From: Planctomycetota bacterium
Lineage (GTDB): Bacteria; Planctomycetota; UBA1135; UBA2386
DNA length: 64,000 nucleotides
Assembly (NCBI GenBank): GCA_965228735.1
Contig: OZ245838.1
Location: forward strand, 4,064,001-4,128,000
Direction of reading: 5' to 3'
A model generated the notes under the pieces. The model ran no database searches, was not told the origin of the DNA, and saw nothing but the letters and a program-made list of their open reading frames with translations. Shown here piece by piece: positions 8,719-18,097 of the stretch. The translations under genes were made by a program, and so were the position numbers. Position 1 is the first letter of the stretch. Each line of letters starts with the position of its first letter.

Positions 8719-10128
8719 ATGGTCTTCTCCAGCAGCGTCTTCCTGTTCGCCTTCCTGCCGGCGTTCCTGCTGCTGTACTGGCTCAGCCCGCGCCCGTGGC
8801 GCAGCCTGACGATCGCCGTCTCCAGCTTCGTGTTCTACGGCTGGTGGCGCGCCGACTTCGTGCTGCTGCTGCTGTTCAGCGCCGTCGTCGACTACTGGAT
8901 CGGCGGGCGGATCGTGCGCGCCCACGCGGCCGGCGCGACGGGGCGACCCGGCCGCTGGCTGTTGCTCTCGCTCATCACCAATCTCGGCCTGCTCGGCTGG
9001 TTCAAGTACGCGAACTTCGGCGCCGACACGTTCCGTGAGCTGCTGCGCGCGCTCGGCTTCGCCGGCGACTTCGCGTGGGTGGACGTCGTGCTGCCCATCG
9101 GGATCTCGTTCTACACGTTCCAGACGATGAGCTACACGATCGACCTGTACCGCCAGCAGGTGCGGCCAGCCGAGCGCTTCATCGACTTCCTCTGCTACGT
9201 GTCGATGTTCCCGCAGCTCGTCGCGGGTCCGATCGTGCGCTACTCGCTCATCGCGGACGAACTGCGCGACCGCCGAACGACGCTGGCCGGCATCTACCGC
9301 GGCGTCCTGTTCTTCCAGATCGGACTCGTGAAGAAGGTGCTCGTCGCGGACGCGCTCGCGCCCTTCGCCGACCGCGCGTTCGACATCCCGGGCGCGATCG
9401 AGCTCGGCACGACGCACGCATGGCTCGGCGCGGTCGCCTACGCGTTCCAGATCTACTTCGACTTCTCCGGCTACAGCGACATGGCGATCGGACTCGGGCT
9501 CATGCTCGGGTTCCACTTCCCGATCAACTTCGACTCGCCGTACCGCGCGGACTCGATCACCGACTTCTGGCGCCGCTGGCACATCTCGCTGTCGACGTGG
9601 TTGCGCGACTACCTCTACGTGCCGCTCGGCGGCAACCGGCGTGGCCCGGTCCGGACCTACGTCAACCTCGCGCTCACGATGCTGCTCGGCGGGCTCTGGC
9701 ACGGCGCCGCGTGGAACTTCATCGCCTGGGGTGGCTACCAGGGCTGCTGGCTCATCGTCGAACGGGCGACCGGCAAACGGCCGTGGTACGGTGCGGCGCC
9801 GCGACTCGTCCGGATCGCCGTGACGTTCGTGCTCGTGCTGTTCGGCTGGGTGCTGTTCCGCGCCCACGACCTCGGTCACGCCATGAACTACGCCGGCGCG
9901 ATGCTCGGACTCGGCAATGGCGAGACGGACTTCGCGGCGCTCCGCCCGGGACCGTGGGCCGACATGTTGATCGCCGGCCTCGTCGTCTGGCTGCTGCCGA
10001 CGAGCCAGCGCCTCGTGCCGCGCGCGGGCCTCGCCGTCGTGCTGCTGCTGCAACTGCTCTTCGCGTTCGCCGTCGCGGTCGTGCAGCTCGCGCCCGAAGA
10101 GATCCCGTTCCTCTACTTCCGCTTCTGA
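8719..10128 (+). CDS. MBOAT family O-acyltransferase (AlgI/PatA-like)
   Basis: LPIGISFYTFQ, FPQLVAGPIVR, QIYFDFSGYSDMAIG, FWRRWHISLS, LGGLWHGA, C-terminal PFLYFRF. Confidence 0.95.
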   Translation: MVFSSSVFLFAFLPAFLLLYWLSPRPWRSLTIAVSSFVFYGWWRADFVLLLLFSAVVDYWIGGRIVRAHAAGATGRPGRWLLLSLITNLGLLGWFKYANFGADTFRELLRALGFAGDFAWVDVVLPIGISFYTFQTMSYTIDLYRQQVRPAERFIDFLCYVSMFPQLVAGPIVRYSLIADELRDRRTTLAGIYRGVLFFQIGLVKKVLVADALAPFADRAFDIPGAIELGTTHAWLGAVAYAFQIYFDFSGYSDMAIGLGLMLGFHFPINFDSPYRADSITDFWRRWHISLSTWLRDYLYVPLGGNRRGPVRTYVNLALTMLLGGLWHGAAWNFIAWGGYQGCWLIVERATGKRPWYGAAPRLVRIAVTFVLVLFGWVLFRAHDLGHAMNYAGAMLGLGNGETDFAALRPGPWADMLIAGLVVWLLPTSQRLVPRAGLAVVLLLQLLFAFAVAVVQLAPEEIPFLYFRF

Positions 10129-10135
10129 GTCCACG

Positions 10136-11659
10136 ATGAGCCGAGCCGAGATCGCAGTCACGCACGCGGACGACGCACCCGCGGCCGAACCGTTGCAGCG
10201 GGTCGCCCGCGGCACGGCGCTGGGCGCATGCGCCGCGACGCTGCTCGGCTTCGCCGCGGTCGAGGCGTTCGGCCCCGACCCGGTCGCGAATGCACGCGCG
10301 CAGGTGCTCGCGCACTCGGCCGAGCGCGCGCCGTCCGTCGACCCCGCCTGGCTCGACGAATCGCCCGCAAAGGTCGCACGCCAGGACGCACCGCCGCGGC
10401 TCCTGGCCGCGTGGCATCGCACCCCGCAGTTCATGTACCTGTGCGAGGTGAACGAGACCGTGCTGCGCGCGCTGTGGCAGCCCGGCGTCGGCCTCGGACC
10501 CGATGCCCCGCGCGAGTTCGACACGTTCTCGATGCCGGGCGGCGCGCCGCACCCGATCTTCCGCTACCCGCGGTCGACGACGATGCCCGACGGGCTCACG
10601 ACCAACCGCTTCGGTTTCCGCGGCCCCGACGTCGCGCTCGACAAGCCGGCGGACACGGTGCGCATCGCGTTCGTCGGCGCGTCGGCGACGGTCGGCAATC
10701 ACTTCCTCGAGTGGAGCTACCCCGAGTTCGTCGGCCACTGGCTCACGCTCTGGGCGCGCGCGAACGACCTGGGCGTCGACTTCGAGGTGCTCAACGCCGG
10801 GCGCGAGTCGATCCAGTCGCGCGACATCCGCGCGATCGTCGAACACGAGGTGCTGCCGCTCGCCGTCGACTACGTCGTCTACTACGAGGGCCAGAACCAG
10901 TTCGGCGCGCCGTCGCTCCGGCGCCACGTCGAGGTCGACGGCGATGCCGGAACGACGCCGCCCGCGGACCTCGTGCTCGACCTCGCCGCCGCCGATTCGC
11001 TGCAGCCGCACTGGCTCGACGTCCTGTGCCGCGACGTTCACAACGCGCGCCGCCTGCGACGACTGCTCGGCGTGCATGCCGACCTGCCAGAGCCACCGAA
11101 ACCGCAGCAGAGGCTGCAGCTGCCTGCCGGTCTGACCGCGACCGATCCCGACCTCGACCGCGCGCGGGAAGTGCTCGAGCTCGGAACGATCCTCGCCGAC
11201 CTCGACGCGATGAAACGCGCGTGTGACGCCCAGAGCACCCGCTTCGTGATGTGCTCGTTCGACCGGCTCGTGCGCGATGGCATGCGCGTCGACCTCGCGC
11301 CGGCGCCCTCGGTCTACAGCCGACTCAACGGCGAGTACTGGCCGCTCAGCTACGAGACGATCGCAGCGCTCGACGAACTGCAGAACCGCTACTTCGAGGC
11401 CTGGGCCGCGGCCCGCAACGCCCCGTTCCTCGACATCGCCGCGGCCATGCCCGACGAACCCGCGCTCTTCACCGACCCCGTGCACTCGACGGAGAGCGGC
11501 GTGCGCCTGCGAGCCTGGGTCGTGTTCACCGAGCTCGTGCGCGTGATCGAAGCCGACCTCGCAGCCGACCGCGTGCCCGTCCCCGACACCGAACCGACCC
11601 CGCGCCACCCGTTCCTGCAGCCGGCCCGCCGGCTCACGGCGGAAGACCTGGGCGGTTGA
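10136..11659 (+). CDS. SGNH/GDSL-like hydrolase or acetyltransferase, probable partner of the MBOAT
   Basis: TNRFGFRG, RIAFVGAS (block I variant), LNAG, YEGQN, DPVH (DxxH). Starts 7 bp after the MBOAT and has an N-terminal hydrophobic anchor. Confidence 0.7.
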   Translation: MSRAEIAVTHADDAPAAEPLQRVARGTALGACAATLLGFAAVEAFGPDPVANARAQVLAHSAERAPSVDPAWLDESPAKVARQDAPPRLLAAWHRTPQFMYLCEVNETVLRALWQPGVGLGPDAPREFDTFSMPGGAPHPIFRYPRSTTMPDGLTTNRFGFRGPDVALDKPADTVRIAFVGASATVGNHFLEWSYPEFVGHWLTLWARANDLGVDFEVLNAGRESIQSRDIRAIVEHEVLPLAVDYVVYYEGQNQFGAPSLRRHVEVDGDAGTTPPADLVLDLAAADSLQPHWLDVLCRDVHNARRLRRLLGVHADLPEPPKPQQRLQLPAGLTATDPDLDRAREVLELGTILADLDAMKRACDAQSTRFVMCSFDRLVRDGMRVDLAPAPSVYSRLNGEYWPLSYETIAALDELQNRYFEAWAAARNAPFLDIAAAMPDEPALFTDPVHSTESGVRLRAWVVFTELVRVIEADLAADRVPVPDTEPTPRHPFLQPARRLTAEDLGG

Positions 11660-11685
11660 AGGGTGGGTAGGGTGCCAGCCCCCCC

Positions 11686-12723
11686 TTACGTTGTCAGGAC
11701 GATCTTGCCGAGCGCTTCGCGCGACTCGAGCAGGCGATGGGCCTCTCCGACCTCCGTCATCGGCAGCGCGCGGTCGAGCACCGGGCAGAATCGGCCCTGG
11801 TCGAACATGCGCAGGACCTGGCGCAGGTCGCCCTTGCTGCCCATCGTCGAACCGAGGATCGACAGGCTCTTGAAGAACACCGCGTGCAGTGACAACTGCA
11901 CGTCGCCGCCGGTCGTCGCGCCGCAGGTCACCATGCGGCCGCCGCGCGCGAGACACTTGAGCGAACCGGCGAACGTCGCCGCGCCGACGTGCTCGAAGAC
12001 GACCTGCACGCCGGCCTTGCCGGTCAGCGCGCGGACCTCCTTGCTGAAGTCGGTCGCCTGGTAATCGACCACGTGCTGCGCGCCGAGCGCTGCGACGCGG
12101 CGACACTTCTCCGCGCCGCCGGCCGTCGCGATGACCTGCGCGCCGAGGGCGTTGGCGATCTGCACTGCCGCGCTGCCCACGCCCGAGAGCCCCGCGTGCA
12201 CGAGCACGGCCTCGCCGGCGCGCAGCTCGGCGCGGCGAACGAGCATGTTCCACGCGGTCTGGAACACGAGGCAGATCGACGCCGCCTGCTCGAACGACAG
12301 GTCCTTCGGCTTGGGCGCGACGTTGGCCGCGGGCAGGCACACGAACTCGGCCGCCGTGCCATCTGAGCTCTCGCCGAGGATGTGATACTCGCGGCACAGC
12401 TGATCCATGCCCGAAAGACACGCCTCGCAGTGACCGCACGACACGCCGGGCAGCACGACGACCTCGTCGCCGACCTGCACGTGACTCACATCGGCACCGA
12501 CCGCGTCGACGACGCCAGCTCCGTCGCTGCTCGGGATCAACGGCAACGGGAACGTGTGACCCGGAACGCCCCGGCGCACCCACGTGTCGAGGTGGTTGAG
12601 CCCGATCGCTCGCATCGCGACCCGCACCTGGCCCGCGCGCGGCTCGGGGATCTCGCGTTCTTCGTGCAGCAGTCGATCGAAGTCGCCGTGCTCGCGCACG
12701 ACGATGCAACGCATGGTGGGCAT
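11686..12723 (-). CDS. Zinc-binding alcohol dehydrogenase / MDR family oxidoreductase
   Basis: GLNHLD, structural Zn site CGHCEACLSGMDQLC, HAGLSGVGSAA, GRMVTCGAT, GKIVL. Confidence 0.92.
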   Translation of the reverse strand: MPTMRCIVVREHGDFDRLLHEEREIPEPRAGQVRVAMRAIGLNHLDTWVRRGVPGHTFPLPLIPSSDGAGVVDAVGADVSHVQVGDEVVVLPGVSCGHCEACLSGMDQLCREYHILGESSDGTAAEFVCLPAANVAPKPKDLSFEQAASICLVFQTAWNMLVRRAELRAGEAVLVHAGLSGVGSAAVQIANALGAQVIATAGGAEKCRRVAALGAQHVVDYQATDFSKEVRALTGKAGVQVVFEHVGAATFAGSLKCLARGGRMVTCGATTGGDVQLSLHAVFFKSLSILGSTMGSKGDLRQVLRMFDQGRFCPVLDRALPMTEVGEAHRLLESREALGKIVLTT

Positions 12724-12942
12724 GCGGCCGTTCTACCGCGCGCAGCGCCTCGCCCCAACGAGACCGGGGATCGCTATGGCCGCGAGCGCCGGCGCGACTG
12801 CAAATTCGACAGTCGCGCGTGCCGACGATCTGTCACGATGACGGCCCCGGAACGGGGGCGTCATCCCGACGCGGTGCCGGCAGTGATCCCGAGCCTCGCG
12901 AGACACCGGGACTTGCGCGCGCCATTCGCGCCTCGCGTCGGA

Positions 12943-12960
12943 CTGGCACGCTCGTTGCAT
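12943..12960 (+). promoter_or_regulatory. Sigma54 (-24/-12) promoter upstream of hsp20
   Basis: CTGGCACGCTCGTTGCAT matches TGGCACG-N4-TTGCW with exact GG-N10-GC spacing, in an intergenic position. Confidence 0.75.
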
Positions 12961-13061
12961 CCCGGTGCCCGAACTCGCTGTGCATGTCGAATCGACGCGC
13001 GCGGTGCGCGTCGTGCTGCACAGCCATCCTGTGGTCCTTTGCGACAACAACGGAGAAAGAC

Positions 13062-13511
13062 ATGCAGTACATGACCGAACGTCCGACCCGTCTCGCCGGG
13101 GGATTGCTCGATGTGCCCCGGACCGTGGACGATCTCTTCCAACGCTTCTGGGGTGACGTGCACCAGCCCCGAACCGCCAACTCCTGGCGGCCGCACGTGG
13201 ACGTCGTGGAGACGCCGGAGGCCTACCTGCTCCGGGCCGAGATGCCGGGGGTCAACCCGGATGACATCGAGATCACGCTCGCCGGCGACGTGCTGACGAT
13301 CCGCGGCGAGAAGGTCGTCGAGAACACGCTCGAAGGCGAGAGCTGGTGCCTCAGTGAACGCACCGGCGGCCGCTTCGAGCGCAGCTTCAAGCTGCCCGGA
13401 CCGCTCGCGGACGACCAGGTCGAGGCCGAGTCCCGACACGGCATTCTCGCGATCCGGGTGCTCAAGGCCGAGCAGGCCAAGGCACGTCGGATCAAGATCC
13501 GGTCGGCCTGA
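13062..13511 (+). CDS. Hsp20/alpha-crystallin small heat shock protein
   Basis: WRPHVDVVET, AEMPGV, LTIRGEK, ERTGGRFERSFKLP, HGILAI, IKI tail. GGAG RBS before the ATG at 13062. Confidence 0.93.
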   Translation: MQYMTERPTRLAGGLLDVPRTVDDLFQRFWGDVHQPRTANSWRPHVDVVETPEAYLLRAEMPGVNPDDIEITLAGDVLTIRGEKVVENTLEGESWCLSERTGGRFERSFKLPGPLADDQVEAESRHGILAIRVLKAEQAKARRIKIRSA

Positions 13512-13583
13512 TCGCGCGCGACGCAGAGGCCGGCGGCCGGATGCTGGCCGCGGGCGTCCTGCCCCGCCACGGCCGCGGAGAGG

Positions 13584-16500
13584 TCACGCCGACACCTCCG
13601 CGCCCGTGGCCTCGATCGCCGTCTGCTTCACGGCCTTGAGGTCGAGCTTGCCGGTGCCGAGCACGGGCAGCTCGTCGACCATGACGAACTGGTCCTGCCG
13701 CGGCACGAACAGGGCGGGCAGGCCGCGTTCGCCGAGCGCCGTGACGATGTCCGCGATCTCGTCCTGCGGCATCGTCGTGAGCACGACGAGGCGTTCGCCC
13801 TTCTTCGGATCGGGCACACCGGTGACCGCGAACACGCGGTCCTCGCGCCCGACGATCTGCTGCAGGTGCTCCTCGACCGTGCCGTGCGGGACCATCTCGC
13901 CGCCGATCTTGGAGAACCTAGACAGGCGATCCGTGAGGAACAGGAAGCCGTCGTCGTCCAGCCGGCCGATGTCACCCGTGACGTAGTAGCCCTCGTGCAT
14001 GACCTCTGCCGTGAGGTCATCGCGACCGAGGTAGCCGCACATGACGTTGGCGCCGCGCACGAGCACGAGCCCGGCCTCGCCGCGCGGCAACGGCTCGCGC
14101 GTGTCCGGATCGACGATCTCGATCGTCACGCCGGGCAGCGCGCGTCCCACCGAACCGCGCCGGCAGCCGGCCTGGTAGAAGCCGGCCGCGCGGTAGCCCG
14201 GCGAACTCGTCGAGACGACGGGCGAGGTCTCGGTCGCGCCGTAGCCCTGCACGGGACGAAGCCCGAACTTGTCGAAGAAGGCGTCGGCGAGCTGTTCCGT
14301 GAGCTTCTCCGCAGCCGTCAACGCGATGCGTACCGAACCCAACTGGCCGGGCTCACAGCGCCGCATGTAGAGCTGCAAGAACGTCGGCGTCGCCAGCAGC
14401 ACCGTGATCTCGTGCCGCGCGACGAGCTCGCCGATGACGGCCGCGTCGAGCGGATTGGGGTGGAACACCAGGCGGGCGCCCTGCTGCGCGACGTACCACA
14501 GCGCGAAGTTGCCGAACGAGTGGAACAACGGCAACACACCGAGCACGCTGTCCTTGCCGGTCAGCGGGATCACCTGCGCGACCGCCTCACTGTTACACTG
14601 CAGATTGCCGTGCGAGAGCATGATGCCCTTGGGCTCGCCCGTGCTGCCGCTGCTGAACAGGATCGCCGCGAGGTCGTCGCGCTCCACCGCGCGTTCGGCG
14701 CCGCACGCGCGCTCGAGCGCCCGCACCGGCAGGAACAGCCCGCGCAGCAGCGCGCCGAAGCGTTGCGCACCCGTGATGCCGGCCATGACGTCCTCGAGCA
14801 TCACGAGCTCGACGCCCGCCGGCAGCTCGACCGGCATTCGTTCGAGGAACGCGCGCGACGTGATCACCGTGCGCAGCTCGGCCTGGCGCACCGCCGAGTG
14901 GAGCGCGTCCTTGCCGACGGTGTAGTTGAGCGCGACCGACGTGCGACCGGACAGGCTCATCGCGATCGCCGTGAGCGCGCCGCCGATCGACGGCGGCAGC
15001 AGCACGCCGACCTTGCTCTGCCCCGCGAGCTTGCCGCGCAGCGCCCGCGCGAGCGCCACGCTGCCGGCGAGCGCCTTCCCGCGCGACACCGACTTGCCGG
15101 CGCTGTCGAGCAGGAGCGTGCGCCACGGGCCGCGCCGAACGCGCCGCACGAAGTCGTAGTGCAGCGGCTTCAGCAACTCGGCGCGGTGATCCCAGGCCTT
15201 GCCCGCGAGTTCTTCGACGCGGGCCCGAACCTCCGCCGGCTTGGCGGTGTTCGGGAGCGCTTCCCCGAACGACACCGTGATCGGGCAGGGCACCTGATTC
15301 GGCAACCACTGCACCCGCCCACCGAGCGCACTGAGCAGCGTGCCGTAGACCCGATCGAGGTGCACCGGCACGATGACCGCGTTCCGCCCCTTCGCGATGC
15401 GTTCCATGCCGCGGCGGAACGGCAGCGTGCTGCCGACGCGACTGATCTCACCCTCGGCGAAGAGGCAGACGACCTCGCCGTCGTCGAGCGCCTGGCCGGC
15501 GTTGCGCAACGCCTTGATCACGACGCGCGGCCCGCCCGCGGCGGAAACCGGGATCGCGCCGAGCGCTTGCATGAACGGCTTGAGGTACGGCCGTTCGTAC
15601 CAATACGTGTCGATGACGAACCGGATCGGTCGATCCGTCGAGGCCAGCAGGAAGAGGCCATCCATGAACGACACGTGGTTCGGCATGAGCAGCACGCCGC
15701 CCTTCTCCGGCACGTGGCGCTGGCCGAACACCGTGAGCCGATAGAACGTGTGCGCCAGCAGGACGACGATCATCCGCAGCAGCGCGCTCGGCAGCAGCCA
15801 GATCGCCCACGTGGTCGCGATCACCGTGAGCGCCGCGGCGACGAGCAGGATCGTCCCGCAGTCCGCCCCGAGCTGGGACAGGAACAGGCAGCCGAGATTG
15901 CCGGCGAGGATGCCGACGAACGACAGGCCGTTGTAGAGCGCGATCACGGCGCCGCGACGCGACTCGGGCGCGAGCCACTGGACGAGCGCGTTGATCGGCA
16001 CGACGACGAGGCCGCTGGCCAGACCGAGCACGACCATCAGCAGGAACGTCCCGACGATGCCGGGAGTCCACAGACCGAAGATGCCGGTGCCGACCGCGAG
16101 ACCGATCGCACCGAGCGGGATGAGGCCGGTCTCGACCTTGCCCTTCGACAGCTTGCCCGCGAGCATCGCGCCCGCGCCGACGCCGATCGCGAACAGCGCG
16201 TACGGCGCGCCCGCCCACTTGTCGGAGAACTCGAGGACCTGCTTGCCGTAGATCAGGACGTTCTGCCCGAGCAGGCTCGCGAGCCCCCAGAACGCCACCG
16301 AACCGAGCGTCGCGAGCCAGAGCGCGCGTTCGCCGCGGACCGCGCGCCAGGCGCCCTTGATGACCTGACCGACGGACTCGTCGCCGCCGACAGCCGGCAC
16401 GTGCGGCACGCGCAGCGCAGCGAAGAAGCCGGCGACCGACAGCGCGGTCAACACGACGCCCGCCGGCCACGCCGACGAGCTGACTTCGAGCAGCGCGCCG

Positions 16501-17009
16501 CCCGCGACCGTGCCGAGGATGATCGCGAGGAAGCTCGCGGCCTCGAGCTTGCCGTTCGCCGCCGCGAGCCGTTCGTGCGGCAGCGACTCCGGCAGGATGC
16601 CGTACTTGGCCGGCGCGAAGAACGAGCTCTGCAAACCCATGCCGCCGAGCACGACGAGCGGCATCCAGCCCGACGGCTGCAGCCAGAGGGCGAACGTGCC
16701 AGCCGCCATGAGCACGAGCTCCGCGCCCTTCGTAGCGACGAGCAGCGTGCGCTTGCTGACGCGGTCGCCGAACACCATCGCCGGGACCGAGCCGAGCATC
16801 AGCGGCAGTGTGAGGATGACGAACGCCCAGGTCGTGACCGCCTGCGCCGCCGCCTCGTCGCCCGCGGGCACCGCCGCGATGCCGAGCAACGCGACGATCA
16901 TCTTGAACGCGTTGTCGTTGAAGGCCCCGAAGAACTGCGCCACGAGCAGTCCGCCCAACGGGCTGCGGCTCGATCGTGCGCTACGGCTCTGGATCTCGGT
17001 CTCGGTCAT
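13584..17009 (-). CDS. aas: Aas-type fusion: MFS (LplT-like) + PlsC acyltransferase + acyl-ACP synthetase
   Basis: QFFGAFNDN and FAPAKYGILPE (MFS), NHVSFMD and FAEGEISR (acyltransferase), FSSGSTGEPKG, GYGATETSP and TGDIG...RFSKIGGEMV (AMP-binding). Confidence 0.92.
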   Translation of the reverse strand: MTETEIQSRSARSSRSPLGGLLVAQFFGAFNDNAFKMIVALLGIAAVPAGDEAAAQAVTTWAFVILTLPLMLGSVPAMVFGDRVSKRTLLVATKGAELVLMAAGTFALWLQPSGWMPLVVLGGMGLQSSFFAPAKYGILPESLPHERLAAANGKLEAASFLAIILGTVAGGALLEVSSSAWPAGVVLTALSVAGFFAALRVPHVPAVGGDESVGQVIKGAWRAVRGERALWLATLGSVAFWGLASLLGQNVLIYGKQVLEFSDKWAGAPYALFAIGVGAGAMLAGKLSKGKVETGLIPLGAIGLAVGTGIFGLWTPGIVGTFLLMVVLGLASGLVVVPINALVQWLAPESRRGAVIALYNGLSFVGILAGNLGCLFLSQLGADCGTILLVAAALTVIATTWAIWLLPSALLRMIVVLLAHTFYRLTVFGQRHVPEKGGVLLMPNHVSFMDGLFLLASTDRPIRFVIDTYWYERPYLKPFMQALGAIPVSAAGGPRVVIKALRNAGQALDDGEVVCLFAEGEISRVGSTLPFRRGMERIAKGRNAVIVPVHLDRVYGTLLSALGGRVQWLPNQVPCPITVSFGEALPNTAKPAEVRARVEELAGKAWDHRAELLKPLHYDFVRRVRRGPWRTLLLDSAGKSVSRGKALAGSVALARALRGKLAGQSKVGVLLPPSIGGALTAIAMSLSGRTSVALNYTVGKDALHSAVRQAELRTVITSRAFLERMPVELPAGVELVMLEDVMAGITGAQRFGALLRGLFLPVRALERACGAERAVERDDLAAILFSSGSTGEPKGIMLSHGNLQCNSEAVAQVIPLTGKDSVLGVLPLFHSFGNFALWYVAQQGARLVFHPNPLDAAVIGELVARHEITVLLATPTFLQLYMRRCEPGQLGSVRIALTAAEKLTEQLADAFFDKFGLRPVQGYGATETSPVVSTSSPGYRAAGFYQAGCRRGSVGRALPGVTIEIVDPDTREPLPRGEAGLVLVRGANVMCGYLGRDDLTAEVMHEGYYVTGDIGRLDDDGFLFLTDRLSRFSKIGGEMVPHGTVEEHLQQIVGREDRVFAVTGVPDPKKGERLVVLTTMPQDEIADIVTALGERGLPALFVPRQDQFVMVDELPVLGTGKLDLKAVKQTAIEATGAEVSA

Positions 17010-17105
17010 CGGTCGTTTCCTCGGCTCCCTGAGTCTCCGAAGTATCGCCATTTCCTTCGCCCTCGGTCCGTTACTTGTCGATTATCCATCGTTAAGCTCT
17101 GCTTT

Positions 17106-17993
17106 ATGATCGATCTGCATCGGCTCGCCGGGTTCCACCTCGTCGCAACGTCCGGTGGCTACGCTCGCGCGGCGCGAGAGGCGCCGTATCCGATCACGCA
17201 GCCAGCACTCCACCAGCAGGTCCGGAAGCTCGAGGCCGAACTCGATCTGCAGCTGCTCGAACGCGTCGGCAAGGACCGCATGCAGCCGACCGCGGCCGGC
17301 GCCGAGCTGCTGCGCTTCGTGGATCCGTTCTTCCGCGACCTCCCCGTCGTCGTCCGGCGGCTGCAGGCCAACGACTTCGACGGCGTGCTCACGATGCAGG
17401 CCGAATCCCTGCTGATCCGCCAGCTGCTGCCCGGTTGGCTCGCTGCCATGCGCCGGCGGCGACCGGGCGCCGAGCTGCGCCTCACGGAGGTCGCGTTGCC
17501 CGACGTCGACGAGCTGCGCAGCGGCCGAACGGACGTGATCGTCGCGCATCTGCCGGAGGTGCCCGACGACATCGCCGCGGAGCTCGTCGCGCGACTGCAC
17601 CCGAGCCTCGTCGTCCCGCGCGAACTGCTCGGCCGTCGCAAGCGGGCCCCGCGGTTCACCGAGCTCGCCGAACACCCGTTCCTGTCGTACCCGAGCGGCA
17701 GCCGGCATCGTGAGCTGCAGATGCAGGCGCTCGCGCTGCACGGGGTGAACCCGCCGCAATCGATCGCGCTCGATACCGCGGACTCGATCCTCGGCTTCGT
17801 CGAGTCGGGGCTCGGCTGGTCGCTGGTACCGAGTCTGCAACAGGGCGGCCCCTCGGGGCGGCGACTCGCCGCGTTCCCGCTCGAGCGGCCGAAGGTCACG
17901 TTTCCGGTGTATGCGGCCTGGCGGCGCGATGCGCCCGAGAACCCGATGCTCGACGCACTGCTCGAGACGCGGCCGGATCCAGCCGCCGGGTAA
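17106..17993 (+). CDS. LysR family transcriptional regulator, divergent from aas
   Basis: C-terminal part of ORF 13866..17993. HTH ITQPALHQQVRKLEAEL...PTAAG, VESGLGWSLVP, 295 aa. Confidence 0.9.
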   Translation: MIDLHRLAGFHLVATSGGYARAAREAPYPITQPALHQQVRKLEAELDLQLLERVGKDRMQPTAAGAELLRFVDPFFRDLPVVVRRLQANDFDGVLTMQAESLLIRQLLPGWLAAMRRRRPGAELRLTEVALPDVDELRSGRTDVIVAHLPEVPDDIAAELVARLHPSLVVPRELLGRRKRAPRFTELAEHPFLSYPSGSRHRELQMQALALHGVNPPQSIALDTADSILGFVESGLGWSLVPSLQQGGPSGRRLAAFPLERPKVTFPVYAAWRRDAPENPMLDALLETRPDPAAG

Positions 17994-18097
17994 CGACGCT
18001 GTCGCATGCCGGCGTTTCCAGGAACCCGCGGCGCGAGCACGACGTTCGCGCACCCGTAGGATTGCACAGCTCGCTCCGCGCCGAGAACCCCGCCCCC

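Noticed and set aside
7288..10524. 1078-aa version of the AAA ATPase, and the 1375-aa, 1304-aa and 649-aa versions of LysR, MetH and the SenA-like protein
   Set aside because: The N-terminal extensions overlap real neighbouring genes. Shorter starts fit the domain boundaries and the stop/start overlaps.
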